Below, piece after piece: positions 1 through 12,240 of a stretch of DNA of 64,000 bases; positions within the stretch are counted from its first letter, which is position 1; each line of letters starts with the position of its first letter. The DNA lies in the NCBI GenBank assembly GCA_964252035.1, contig OZ176205.1; one strand, written 5' to 3'. The position numbers and the translations under genes were made by a program. The notes under the pieces are model-generated. The model had not been told where the DNA came from. It did not search any database and worked only from the letters and a program-made list of their open reading frames with translations. The stretch comes from Podarcis erhardii. Lineage: Eukaryota.

Positions 1-248
1 TATAAGACCATTTTATGGTAAAAAAAACAAGCTTAATGTTGTGCCTCAAAGTTCCTCCAGAGCTTTTAAGTACCAGGCCTGGTCCAGAGTCTTCTCAGGT
101 GTTGTGTGGTGGTTTTCTTCCTGAATTCCTTGTCTGGACACACCCGATACCTTGGGTTCTAGAAAAGGGTTTGTGTTGCATCTAGCACTGAGCTGGATGG
201 TCTGACCTCTTGTTAACACCTGTCTTTCATTTCTGCTTCTTGGAACAG

Positions 249-308
249 AGAAAGCGCAGGGAATCTGCTTCCAGTTCATCGTCTGTCAAAAAAGTGAAAA
301 AGCCATGA
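249..308 (+). CDS. DMAP1: Terminal coding exon of DNA methyltransferase 1-associated protein 1
   Basis: Pyrimidine tract and acceptor (ctttcatttctgcttcttggaacag|AGA) followed by RKRRESASSSSSVKKVKKP-TGA, matching the recalled vertebrate DMAP1 C-terminus (RKRRESASSSSSVKKAKKP). DMAP1 is the known tail-to-tail neighbour of ERI3. Too short to be in the ORF track. Confidence 0.93.
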   Translation, partial: RKRRESASSSSSVKKVKKP

Positions 309-892
309 ATAGCCTGAAGTTCCAGATCCTGGATGTCGGAGGATCAGGACACTGACTGCAGGGGCAAGATGGCTGCATTTGCCAGTATGTGTACATTATG
401 CTATGGGATTCCTGCAGTGACATTGCCCTCTCTTGTTCCAGAAAAGGATGTTGCTGCCCCAGGTAAATGGGTTGGACTTCCTTGCATTAACAGCCTCATA
501 CTGGTTGTTGCTGTAGTGATTGTGTTGTATTTCCTATGTCTGATTTTTGTAAACTTCCTTGTAAATACAGAATCCATTACCTCTTGTTCCGTAATCTGAA
601 TCTAATCCAGCACTTGTGGGTGGGCAGAAGCACCTGTATCTAGTTGCTTTTGTCTAGATAGACCTTGAGCTAGAGTAGGCAGGTGCTGGATCATCAGCTA
701 GATCTTATGGATTAGAATAGTTTTTATGACGCATGTGAGGCAGGAGGGGACAAACGCACGCCTAAGACTCCCTAGTATAATGCTGCACATGATTAACTAT
801 CTCACAACTGCAAGGAAGACTAAGGTTGTGGTAGCAGAGACTGCAGTGCAGAGCTACATGGATAAATTATTTTATTGAAAACTTATCTTTGC

Positions 893-898
893 AATAAA
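893..898 (+). terminator. DMAP1: Candidate DMAP1 polyadenylation signal (AATAAA)
   Basis: First canonical AATAAA downstream of the stop codon, preceded by a U-rich stretch. Usage not verified. Confidence 0.5.
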
Positions 899-3800
899 AG
901 AGACATACCTCAGGCTGCTTTGAACATTGAAGGTCTTCCACCTTTTGCAGTGCCACCATTGAAGCATGGTCTTTTTTATGGTCCTAGTTGGGCACCAATT
1001 CTCACACCACCATCCCATTCCCACTGGAAGACATGCTTGCTTGTTTCTGTCTTATTCTCACAGAATGTTCTTCTGGATGCCCACAAAGTTCCTATTTCCC
1101 TCAGTGTTTCATCTAATTATAGAACGGTTGCTTGACTCATGTGCCCTGCATATGAATTAAACAATAGAGTTGAGGAAAAGAACCCCATACTGTATCTTAG
1201 GTGATGCATTCATTCGTTGCAGGAGGTATTTCCTGCTCTGATGAGAGGGGGTCATGCCTCTGCCAAGATGTTGCCTGCTCTCCATGTATTTTTCTAAGTC
1301 CTTATAGTAAAAATAATTTAGATCTTCCGTTTGATTTAAGCAGTGGCACCTTTTTAGTTAAACAAATTTTCAATATCAATTTAGCGAGCCAATTTAATGC
1401 TGCATCCCTAGTTTTCTCATCTCTCTGGTAGGTGAGGTACCCTCCCATATCTGTTAAGAGTAGCCAGAATTATTCTGTGTTATATTGTGGACATACATAC
1501 CCATACTGAGTGTCACGGTGAGTTCTTTGTGCTAACATAAAAAAGTAGTTCTACAGACTCTTTTAACAGGACAATCCTGTGTGTGTTTACTTGGAAGGAA
1601 GTTCCATTTTGTTCAGTGTGTTCACGGTTGCCTTTTCCTGTTGTAGCCTGCTGCACGCAGACCAGTATCTCTTATACCCTCCAGAGGCGACTTGGTGTGT
1701 GATAATTGTGTTGATTAGTGACCAATGGAGCAACCAGCTGTAAGCATGCTGGTTTTCCAAGAACCAAGAAGTATCCATTTCTCATTGCTAGACTCAGCTT
1801 CAGCTGTGAAGGTTTGGTTTGGTAGTGTAGGGTTGAATATTCCAAGTCAGTATAATTAAGCCTGTGTATACAATTGCAGGAAAGGCTATGTTTTGCTATT
1901 AAATATAGAATTCAGCACCAAGAAGGAAGTTTCTAGCCCATAAGCTTTTACAAAGGTCACCTTGAAAGTGTGTGAGTATCTCTGGTGAGATCTCTGAAGC
2001 CATAGGAGGGCTGAGTAGGACTTCTAGTGATCAGACCGTGGTGTTTTGCATAGCTCTTTACCCTTCCATAGAGTAGCAAAATAAATTATGCAAAATGAGC
2101 AAATATGTGCATATTTGCATAATGCATACAGGCCATGGAATTCCAGTTTTAATTTTAATTTTGATGGGGTTTTTAGTGCAGAACACAAAGCCCTAGGTAT
2201 AACCCTTGCCCTCAGCAGGAAGAAATTGACTGGCTACGTCGTAAGACTTCAGTCGCATGTTCTCCAGTGTGTGGCAGGCAGTGAAGCCAGTGATACCCTC
2301 AAGAAGAGCTAACTGTAAGTAACTTTGGTTTCTCCAGTGTAAAAATATTGAGTGCTAGCCTATGAGGTAGCCCTCCATTCTGGTCTGGAGTTTCTCCAGC
2401 TTACTGACTCTTTTAATGACTGAATTGTGCTCTTCTCCCCCCACCCCCGCCCAGCCCTTTCAGATATTCATCTTCCATCAGAAACATGTTGGAAGAAGAG
2501 CTATGATACTTTTGGCCTGCTGCTGTCAGACCTAACTCATGCTCTACCTTCCCCTTCCCATTTCAAGTGCAACTGGGAATCGATAGTGCATGACAACGCC
2601 CTTTGATTTACATTCTTGCTGGCAGAAAGAAAGGTCAAAGGCCAAGTTCTTCGTTTTCATAGAAAACTAATTAGACGACTCCATCGACACTGAATCAATA
2701 AAACTGATCAGGTGATTACACAGAGGGAGCCATTAAAATCCCTATGACCTTTGATCTCAAGTCCCTAACCTGAGGTGGGAAAGGCTCAGTTATATTCTCT
2801 AGTGCTTGGAGGACAAACCTCTCAAAGTGAGATGGACTGGTCTACAAGGCTTCAGTGGGTGGTGGTGGACACAGGCTTTGCTGACTCTGCTGGCTGTATC
2901 TAGTATGTTCTCATTTCAACCCCTACTGCATGAATGGTCATGTGGATGGAAAGGCATGGCAGACAGACAAAGGGTTGATAAGGCAATTACTTCTGCAGTG
3001 GTGCCATAAAGAGAGAGGTGGCCCTAACTGGAACAGACCCCCAAACTTTTCACTGCTACAGTGGGAGGGGAAAGAGCAGAGACCAACACTGAAAGGGGAT
3101 AGTGATTTATTTGGGGCTTTGTCTTAAGCTACGGAGTCAATTAGTATGTTCTCCAAGCAGCTTGCTTTGTTTTCAATCTCCCATTTGTCATTGTTGTCTA
3201 AATCATAAAAGATTGTTCACATTGGTGCATAAGCCATCTTAGGTCATGTAGCACTAAACAAACATTTGGTAATTATTCATTGGCCTTCTGTGTTCAAGTT
3301 TATTTGACTTATATAAAATGAGTCATGATTTTTTTAACATGTAGCTCCAGGCTTTGCTCTGTTTTACATGGTATATTGTCGTAGCTAACGGAGAGAAAAG
3401 GATGGGAAACTATATAAACTTCAACAGGGGCCAGTATCTAGACCTGAGTATTGCCCTCTGTGAGCACCACTTCTACCTGCAGATTGGGGAGGCTGCATGA
3501 GCCAAAGTGTTCTCCTGTGGCCCAAGCAGCCTATGAACTTTGTGTGCTAAGCATCCTTGATGGTGCAATGAGCTGAGGTGATAAGATGTAAATATTTGGC
3601 TTCTTCAGGATCCTCCTTTCATTGAGGGGCCCTTCAGTAATGTTAAACAGATGGTATGAAAACATTTTAATGGTGCCCACTGATTGGCAGTGGGTGCAAA
3701 TACCACTTTCAGCAAAACTCAGCTCTACTTGGGAGCTCCAAATCTAAAAGGTGTCAAATACAAGCTCCACTTGCTAAGGAAGAAGCAGGATCAAACTTTA

Positions 3801-5040
3801 AGGTTCCTGCTTCTTCCTTTGCAGCTGTATTTTTGCCTGACATCACATTATGTCAGGTGTGAGGCAGGTGAGTGTGACTTGGACAAAATGGCCCCTGAGG
3901 CCTGATTAGGGCTGTGGGCTGGAGGTTTCCCACCCCTGGTGTAGAGCACAGGGCAGGAGGCTAACTATTGTGAAGGAAAGTATGACCTATTCTCAAGATA
4001 CTTTCCTGGGGAAGAACTAATAAGGAAGCAGCTTTTGTTTTGGCTACAGATGGGAATATGTGGGTGATTTTCTCTCATGAAGGTACATGATACTTGTGTC
4101 ACAAAACAATCCCAGAACGCAAATCCATTTAAGGATGGGAGAAACATCTGTGCAGTTACCTCCAAAGAGGTATTGGGAAAAGGAGTTTACTTAGCAGCAT
4201 ATTTCAGATAAAGCCTCCCCCCGGCCCCACTCCCTTACAGCATACAAGGAGCCAGGTTCCTTTCCCCCAAACTTTATTCATGTGGCACATTTACAGCAAG
4301 GATGGGAATAACGAGCCAATGAGGAGGTCAGGTTGGGTTCAGCTGGAACATCCACACACCATGCATTATTTACCGGTAAGGCCCAGTGCCTGTATCAGCT
4401 CACAGCCTGACTCTTGGTGTGGCTCCCAGGTAGGTGGCAGCTGGAGCCTATCTATCCGGGGATCCATTCAGCAAAAGCTAGGGCAGAAGGTTTCAGGAAA
4501 ATACTGAGCTGGAAGAGGGCGATTCATTCTTTATTTCCGTCTTCCCACACTGGACCAAGGTGATGGGAATAGGATAGGAAGAATAGGCCACACCTCTCAA
4601 AGCAACAAGTCAGTTGCAGCTCTTGTAGGAGGAGGAGGAAGTCAGGTGAGCAAAGGGGCAGTAACAGAGATGTGAGTCAATTTGCAGATCCCTGCTGGGT
4701 AATGGGAACACAGCCCCCTGCTGGGCTAGCAGTAATGGGCATGTCCACTGCCTGCAATGGACTGCATGCTCCATAGGGGGGCCATGCGCAAGTGCAGGGT
4801 GGATGCACAGTAGGGTTCCCCATGTTCTGAGGAGGCATGAGCAAGGGATCACAGGGTTCAAGAAATGCAGGACATGGCGATGAGCATCAGCCAGGATGCT
4901 CCTGCCTACGATAACCCCTGCTGAATGGAGCCCCAGGGAGATAGGTGGCTCTTGGTGGGCAGGGAATACAGGCACTTTACCTTGAACAGAAAGAGCCGAG
5001 CTTCCTCAGATCACATACAGAAGGAATCAGAGGGTTAGTG

Positions 5041-5046
5041 TTTATT
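5041..5046 (-). terminator. ERI3: Candidate ERI3 polyadenylation signal (AATAAA on minus strand)
   Basis: tttatt on the plus strand about 560 nt downstream of the ERI3 stop. An alternative lies near 4531. Confidence 0.55.
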
Positions 5047-5271
5047 CAAAACAGAAGGGAAGGAGGGAAGAAGCCTGCCGAAGGGGGAGGGGGGGCTGTC
5101 TGGATGCTGCTCAGTCAATATTTAGCTGACACGCAGGAGACACAGTAACAGATTCACACAGGAAAAGGGGAGGGGGGCTTGACCGCGGTTGTTGCGATAT
5201 TGGACTCAAAGTAATAAGGGCGAGTGCCCCAAACATGGCGCCACGGTCTTGCTACAGGCGCAAATATGAGC

Positions 5272-5290
5272 AGAGAGAGAGAGAGAGAGA
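5272..5290. repeat. (AG)n microsatellite in ERI3 3' UTR
   Basis: agagagagagagagagaga seen directly. Confidence 0.9.
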
Positions 5291-5604
5291 AAAATGCCAA
5301 TGGAAATCGGAAGCCAACAAAAGGGAAAACAATCTACGTCTCTAACCATGTGGAGCAAGCGCCCTAGGGGGCTGCAGGCTGGGCCAGGCCGGGCAGGCAG
5401 CCGGCCCCAGAGAGGGAGTCACGTCAGGCCTACACAGAGATTCCAGTTCCATATATACAGCCTCTACTGGCAGAACAGCAAAACTGACGGAGTCGTGGGG
5501 TTGCTCGTTCCTCTGTCCTCTTTCTGTCGTTCGAATGCTCCAGCCCATCACGCCCAGGTAGCAGGAGCCGGCCGCATGCAGCCCTGTCTGGCCGGCCCCA
5601 GAGA

Positions 5605-5687
5605 TCAAAAGGGCTTGGAGGTCTGCTTGAAGATGAACCCTCTGTGAGCCAGTGTCTTCATGATGTTGGCAATGTTCTTGCAGTCAT
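5605..5687 (-). CDS. ERI3: Terminal coding exon of ERI1 exoribonuclease family member 3 (DEDDh 3'-5' exonuclease)
   Basis: Minus strand reads tgccctttcttcctctgaccggcag|AT GAC TGC AAG..., giving (D)DCKNIANIMKTLAHRGFIFKQTSKPF-TGA, a near-exact match to the recalled human ERI3 C-terminus. Phase-1 acceptor with a good pyrimidine tract. Confidence 0.95.
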
Positions 5688-6112
5688 CTGCCGGTCAGAG
5701 GAAGAAAGGGCATGAGAACAGTCATGTTATTCTTCTTATTATTATTTCATTTCTATACCATTTCATATTTTAAAGAAAAATCTCAAAGCAGTTTACAGAA
5801 TATTAAAACATAAATAAAACAATGTTGAATTGGACAGGTACGAAAATTCTTGGAAAAAAGGATCACACACATACCCCGTACTTATAGGCAGTGCTTTGCT
5901 TCTAGAAAAAAAGCTGCCAGTATTGGGTATCCTTGAGTACCCCCAGGAAAAACCCCACTGCTCATAGGCATACAACAATCCACACATAAATGCTGACCTT
6001 TCACAGACATATGTGCCCATAAGCATGCATGCATGCAAACACCTCTATGATTCATGCACACCCTAGATGTGCTGTGGTAGTACTGGCAGCATGGAATGTG
6101 CTTCTTGTCTCT

Positions 6113-6352
6113 GGGCTCGTCTACACTTCTGCTTGTCCCACCACTTTCCCCTGGGAAAACCCGCTCTTTACCATTGAATCGGAGTAAATGCCAGTCAGGA
6201 TTTTGGCATGTTGATGTTTGTTCTGATTCAGAGGTAAAGAGTGGGTTTTCCTGGGGAAAGAGGCAAGGCAAATGGAAAGCTGCTCAGAGCTGTGCCTAAA
6301 AAGCATGGGACAAGCAGAAAGCCTCTTGGAAAGCTGAAGTGTGGACGAGCCC
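6113..6352. mobile_element. Palindromic PIF/Harbinger-type MITE
   Basis: TIRs gggctcgtctacactt / aagtgtggacgagccc; long internal inverted arms (tttcccctgggaaaacccgctctttacc vs ggtaaagagtgggttttcctggggaaa); 3-bp flanks tct/ttt. Confidence 0.75.
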
Positions 6353-7439
6353 TTTGTCTCAGCCCTACTTAAGCTTCCTGACTGTGGCAAGTAGATCTTC
6401 ACGGTGCATTCTGCCATTTCCAATAAAGTGGGGTATGGTTTAATTCAGTTTTACAGCCCTCCTCCAACTAGCCTAGACTGCATCCTTTTACTGCTTGGCT
6501 GTGCCCCCACCCACATGCATAAGCTCTGGGAGTTTCCAGTAGGTCCCAGCTTTTGAAAAAATGGAAGACCACTGCTTTAGAGCAAGGCTGCAATATACCA
6601 GCTACTCATTTTTCTATCAATTCAAGTGGAACAACTACTTCCTCTTCGAAACAGGAATAATATGGCATGTGGTAATCCTGATATGATATAATAGAGGCTA
6701 GGTCTAGCCTCGATTTAGTATTTTAAGGAGATTTTTCATTTCATATCTCATAAAAATACATACAGATAATATGAGAACACAAAACATACATTGCTGGTTT
6801 GTATTATTTAATTTGTTTTATAACATTAGAAATATAGTTAAATAGAAGTTTGGAATTTCTCACTTCAAAGAGAAATGAACAAGGAGCAGTTCTGTATGAC
6901 TGTACAGCTTTGGGAGTTATACTGACCACTTGAAAATTGAAAAATTTTAGTTTTGTGAGCAGGGACACATCCTATTGGGGAAAAAACACATTCTGTAACA
7001 CCGGGTGGCCCTGCTGATTTCTAGCGTTGGAGCATGCATATCTTAGTTGCTAGTCTTAAATGCCAGGTTGACCACAAAAGAAAGAGAACACACACCATAC
7101 AATGGTTGCGCTCCACTATAATAACACTAAACCTGTGGAGGGATCTAATAGCACTCATTAGACGAGGGCCCGGTGGGCAAAATGTCCACATTTCAAATTC
7201 TGAGGAAGTGCTATGGGTGCCAGCCACAAAATGGCTGCCGTGGGAGCATGGCCTAACACAAAACTAGAGCATAGTTATTGCTGCTTTCCCCCACCCCCAA
7301 GACAACCTCATGTTTTCCATGGGAAGTGAGCTATGTCCTGCTGGTTCTGATATTGACCCCCTCTCTGTGATACTGTTGCTGTCTAATAACAATAGGGAGC
7401 ATTCCCCAGTACCAGGAAAAATATACAGGGTGGCCACAA

Positions 7440-7680
7440 CACACTCTTGCACACGCATCACATGCACACATTCACCATACACGTACAGACATGCACACAT
7501 CTCTCATTCACTACATCCACACTGCAAGCGCATCTTTCCCCATCTCTCAACCCAAATGCATCTTTCCTTCTCTCCCTCACCACATTCATATATACTCCCA
7601 TCTCCCCCACACATACACCTCTCCCCAACTGCACCTTTCTCAGTCACACACATGCTTGAGCAATCCACCCACCCACCCAT
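7440..7680. repeat. Degenerate CA/CT-rich low-complexity tract
   Basis: G-poor run of acac/catc/cctc units; explains the His/Thr/Pro-rich ORFs at 7310-7745. Confidence 0.7.
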
Positions 7681-8659
7681 TCAGAAAAGGCTATCCACAA
7701 GCAAAGGGAGTGCCTACCATTTCAATTCCCGCCCAACCTAAATAAAACAAATATTCACGGGGGTCACCAGCCCCACCACCCGCAGTCATCGGGCATTGGG
7801 GAAGGAGAAGGAAGGCTTTGTGAGTGCTGTGGGGCCCACAGGGGCCGGGTTGGCAGTCCCAGCATTAGAGCGACTTCGTAAAGACGAAGAAAAGGGCTCA
7901 GCTCCATGGACTCAGCTGTGTTACTGTTCTACCAAGATATCTTGAATTAGGTGTGCAAAAGATTTTGATGATGATTTAAGCAAATTTCCCTGCAAAATGC
8001 CCTTTATTTATACAAAATGAAAAATTGCAAATCAACAGAATTTGTTTTTGGTTTTTTGACAAAACAAAGGGGGCAGGGGTTTTGAGACATGAAAGGAAGC
8101 TGTGAAGGGGAAATCCCCCCTCACATTCTCTAAATGTTTGAAATAGAAGATAAAACTCCTGGCAACACCACTCATCTATTTTTTCATCCTGAAGCATTAA
8201 CAGAAACTGCTCGCATTTCTTTCTTTTCAAAAACCAACAATGAGGGATAGAAACATGCTTTTAAAGTTGCATTTCAGATTTTCTAGATTCTAGGTTCTGT
8301 ATTGCACAACACACTAAATAAAAAGCCTCGATTAGGGCAACAGCTATAAATGTAGGTTTCCTGCACACTTTTGGTGTGGACTTTCATCACAGGCCCCCAC
8401 TACTTCCAGTCCAGCTCTTGCACCTTTCCTCATCTTTTATATTGGAAGGATGACAGAAGGATGGACCGGTAAGTGGAGCAAGCTCCATTCTCTTCTGAAC
8501 TAACAGGGAAGCAGGGTTGGGCTGGCTCGCATTATTTACCTGGGACTAAATGCAAGCAGAGTTTGCTAAAATAGAAGCAAGCCTTAAATTGATTCCTGGT
8601 GTCTATATTTCATGTTGAAAATTGGCTTGTAAATCCATGTTTTGATCTATGGTGGCCGT

Positions 8660-9260
8660 CTCCTTAAGAAAAAGCAAGAGTAAATGTGTAATTTCTCCCT
8701 TGACAGCACACGGTGGCGAGGCGATCCTTCTTCCCGCTCCCCTCCGACTCGGGACAGCTCCGCTGCCTCCCATCAGCACTCTTTCTTCCTCGCCCCACGC
8801 CTTGATGTCTCCATTTCATTAGTGTGCGCCCATTCATCACGCTGTTACCGTAAGGGTGACTTTGCCCACTTGCATGTGGCAGGCAGGGCCTGGATGACAT
8901 GGGGTGGCGCTGCCACTCTGACGGGGGGAGGGAAGCAGAACACCCACCCACACCCCTGCTAGTAAATGGATGTTGTGGCAGAAGGACAGCTGCATCATTA
9001 CTGATGTGTAAATGATAAAGCAGCGCCTCCACATCCGTCTCTTAACTGTAAATCCAGGGAGTGCTTTATAATCAAGCGGCAGCGATAATAATGTGAAATT
9101 AGGTCTCTCTATCAAAGGGGGGAGGCCTTTTAATCACGGCTTAAAGGGTGCAAGCGCTGTTTATCATAATTGAACTGTATCCGGGCTAATTGTGGCCATA
9201 TTTCACTGTCTAGGAGACAGGCACACCGACTGAGGAATGAACGCCAGGGGCCGAATGGAG
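8660..9260. promoter_or_regulatory. Candidate conserved non-coding element (enhancer) 1
   Basis: Repeat-free, high CpG retention, TCF/LEF site ATCAAAG at 9111-9117, several TAAT cores. Conservation inferred. Confidence 0.55.
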
Positions 9261-9652
9261 CAGGAAGCTGCCACCCAACCTGTCTTGGCCCCAAAGTGCA
9301 GGAGCTTGAGTATTTGGGGAGGGTGTCAACAGATACACGAAACAGCCCCCCATCTACCTTCCCCCTGCTTAACCTATTGAATGCTGGTAGCACAACTGGG
9401 GGGAAACAGATGGCATTCTACCGTTCAACTGCGTTGGGAGTTTACACAGCTAGGCTAACAAAGCCAATAATTTTTTTATCAAAAGCAACTAGAAGATGAA
9501 AATTCTGTGTTTAAAAAAAATGGAAATCGGCATACACCAAGGTGCATAAATTAGTCAGATTGGTAACAGCTGCAAAGAAGCAGCAGAATGGCCACAGAAA
9601 TGGGAGGGGGGCAAGGGATCTTATATAATGAGCAGAGCTTGCCCATTTGCAA

Positions 9653-9737
9653 TGCAACCCTTACCATGTCTACTCAGGAGTAAGTCCTATTGAATTCAGT
9701 GAGGCTTACATCTAGGTAAGTGGGGATAGGATTGCAG
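9653..9737. mobile_element. Short palindromic non-autonomous DNA element (Harbinger/Chompy-like)
   Basis: tgcaacccttaccatgtctactcaggagtaag...cttacatctaggtaagtggggataggattgca: imperfect inverted arms typical of this reptile MITE class. Confidence 0.55.
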
Positions 9738-11109
9738 AAAAAAGTCAGAAGGGCTATGATACCCTTCTGTAAGAGTACCCTAGAGAGTAAGATAGATTGC
9801 AATGGAACATGTTATGTGGTGTGTAGCTGCAAGTAGTCAAATAGCCTACAGCTGAAGCTGTAGGCTATTTTTGGCCTCCTCAACACTTAATTTGCTCTGT
9901 TTATGAGTTTGAGGCACACCCCAAAAAGAATTGGGTGGGGGAACATCCATCAGCTTCACGTCTCACCCACACTCAGCCAGAACACATTCAAAACAGGGAT
10001 TGGCCATATCTGCAACAAGTCACTACGAGTATCACTTTCACCAAACTTACTGATCTTCAATCAGAAGGAAGGGCATAAAGGCATAAAGATAGAAGTTTGG
10101 CCATGTGCACACCTGAGCATTAGCTGCTTCCTAGTACAGCTATCTGGCAAAGTCTCAATGGCTGAAATACAAAGCAAATAGATCCACTTCTAGATGTACA
10201 AAATGTCTGATTATCTGCTGGACATTAGTCCCATAACTTCTCTGCCTTCTACAAAGTCTAATGGCTCGTCAAATCCGTGGTGATGTTCAACATTCTTGCA
10301 GTATGTTTTTCTACCTGAAGAGCTCTGATTCCTCTCTGCCCTTGAAAACATCTCATTGATTTCCAGCTAAAGAAACCTGTGTTGTCAGGAATTGCGGAGG
10401 GTATCTCTGAGGGGTTCATATTCTTGGAATCTATGGGGGAAAGCAGACCACCACCAATGGTCTCTCTTGATATGTGAAAAAAAATTTAAAGGGGCAAAAA
10501 ACCCTTAAACAAAGGACCCTGGTAAAAACTTGGTTTACAATTATAGGCAAAACTGAGGAACCACTATGACTTAGTGGAACAGAAACATGGACCTGGTTCT
10601 GTAAACTCCGTATGTTCCATCTTCTCTTGAGAGATCTCCTTATCTGATTAGATAGAAACATCAAGAGTCTCAAGCCTATTGCTTGTCTACAGTGGGACTT
10701 TGTCTTTTATACACCCTCTGGAACCTGCTCTTTCATGCCCCTAGTGCCTGTTGAAGGGGATACTGCAGGCTGTCTTTCCAGATGTTCTTTCCTTAACCTC
10801 TATAGTTGGCCTAAACTGACCTACACCTGCTCAGCCACTCGTAATTTCCTCAGTGGGTACACACAATGGAAACATCTGGGGAGGGGGATTCTTGCTTCCA
10901 AAGCTCACTGTTTTGGTTGCTCCCCTTTGGACCATCTTCAGTTTATATTGTCTTCTCTCTCTGTATGCCCCTTGTCTGAATCCATACTGACCTTTCTACA
11001 TCAAATGTTGAACTTTGATCCCCACCACCCGGCCATTTTCCATACTGGGGGTTGTCATCCAATACCTGAGCACCCAAGGCAGGAGAAAACACCTGAGGAT
11101 CCAAGGCAG

Positions 11110-11240
11110 AGGAAGTCTGCCTTAAGATTCTCTTATCTTAGCTGCAAACCCTCTTCTGCAATATGGTGATAACTATACTGATCTAATTCATAGGGCTGTT
11201 GTAAAGATTATTGAGATACTGTACAGGAAGAGTTCTAAAC
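11110..11240 (+). mobile_element. Decayed MIR/Ther1-related (CORE) SINE
   Basis: cttctgcaatatggtgataac...catagggctgttgtaaagatta resembles the CORE-SINE 3' half. Confidence 0.45.
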
Positions 11241-11949
11241 ACCTGGAATACATTACCCTATTTACTACAGTAATTATTATACATAGCATCCCAGTACAAG
11301 TGGCAGTCTGAATGAGATCACCAAAGATGGGCAATAGACAAATCTCCATACAGATTATATTGGTCTCCAGTAGCTAGAAGCGATCAACTGGAAGTACCCT
11401 AAAGTGGGTAACGTTCTGCTACGCATTTCTACTAAAAGATCCAGAATTAATCTGAATTCTGACATCATATTGCAACTTGCATGTGTGAAACAGTCATCAC
11501 AGATTGAATGCTACAGTCAGAGCTTTCATATTGCCCTACATCTCCCATTTAAAAAGTTTTCAATGTAGGCAATTCACAAATTTGCCTGGGAGCAACAGGT
11601 CAAGTGAGAAGCTACTACATAACACACATGTGAAATAAATTTCCATTGCAGGAAGATTCAGGATACTAAGCCAATCGCATGACCCAGTGTGACTGTTCTC
11701 AATTTCTTGCCATCTGTGGGCTATTCTTTCTGGGCAAATTTACTCTGGCTATGACCACATCCTGTCCCACTTGGTTGTGTTAGTGCAAAGAAAGCCAAGC
11801 TGCCAGCCTTCCCACCCGGGACACTCTTTTGTGCCCCTCTATCTTAAACCAGACTATGCCAGGTGTGTTTCAGACACTTGGTACAGGTGGCTCCTAACAA
11901 GCCATTGCAAAGCTCACTTGCCACAAGTCATTTAGCAAGACTGACTTCA

Positions 11950-12240
11950 AATCAGCACGAAGGTAAACACGCTTATTACAATTATCCGTGTACAAAAAAA
12001 TCAACAACAGCCGAACAACTTTCTAATATGCAATTACAGCCGCTTATTGATTTTACAATGTAATCCGCTCCGATTGATTTAATAACACAATTATAGGCTG
12101 GCTCCCGGGATATTAGTGCGGGAGATTTTCATAAACTCCAAAGCAAAAAACTAAGCGGCTTTTAAAACAACACCGTCAGATGGCTGTTTGGGGAATTATT
12201 AGCCATATGAAATCTCCTAAATCTCCTCGTTGTTACCTTG
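11950..12240. promoter_or_regulatory. Candidate conserved non-coding element 2
   Basis: AT-rich but CpG-retaining; FOX GTAAACA 11963-11969, TAATCC 12061-12066, multiple ATTA/ATTGAT cores. Confidence 0.55.

Noticed and set aside
46-279. 77-aa minus-strand ORF
   Set aside because: Antisense to the DMAP1 terminal exon and intron; no homology recognised. The plus-strand DMAP1 match explains the region.
441-461. Apparent 21-nt micro-exon (ttccag|...ccag|gtaaat) on +
   Set aside because: Lies downstream of the DMAP1 stop codon inside the presumed 3' UTR, with no supporting evidence.
4610-4975. 121-aa minus-strand ORF downstream of ERI3
   Set aside because: No recognisable domain and no splice or promoter context; consistent with chance.
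5294-5647. 117-aa plus-strand ORF
   Set aside because: Antisense shadow of the GC-rich ERI3 terminal exon and UTR.
7190-7240. tctgaggaagtg... resembling a third hammerhead start
   Set aside because: No GAAA core or stem II pairing follows.
7262-7869. Possible old hAT element (tagag flanks, ggttggcagtccc end)
   Set aside because: TIR and TSD matches are too weak to support.
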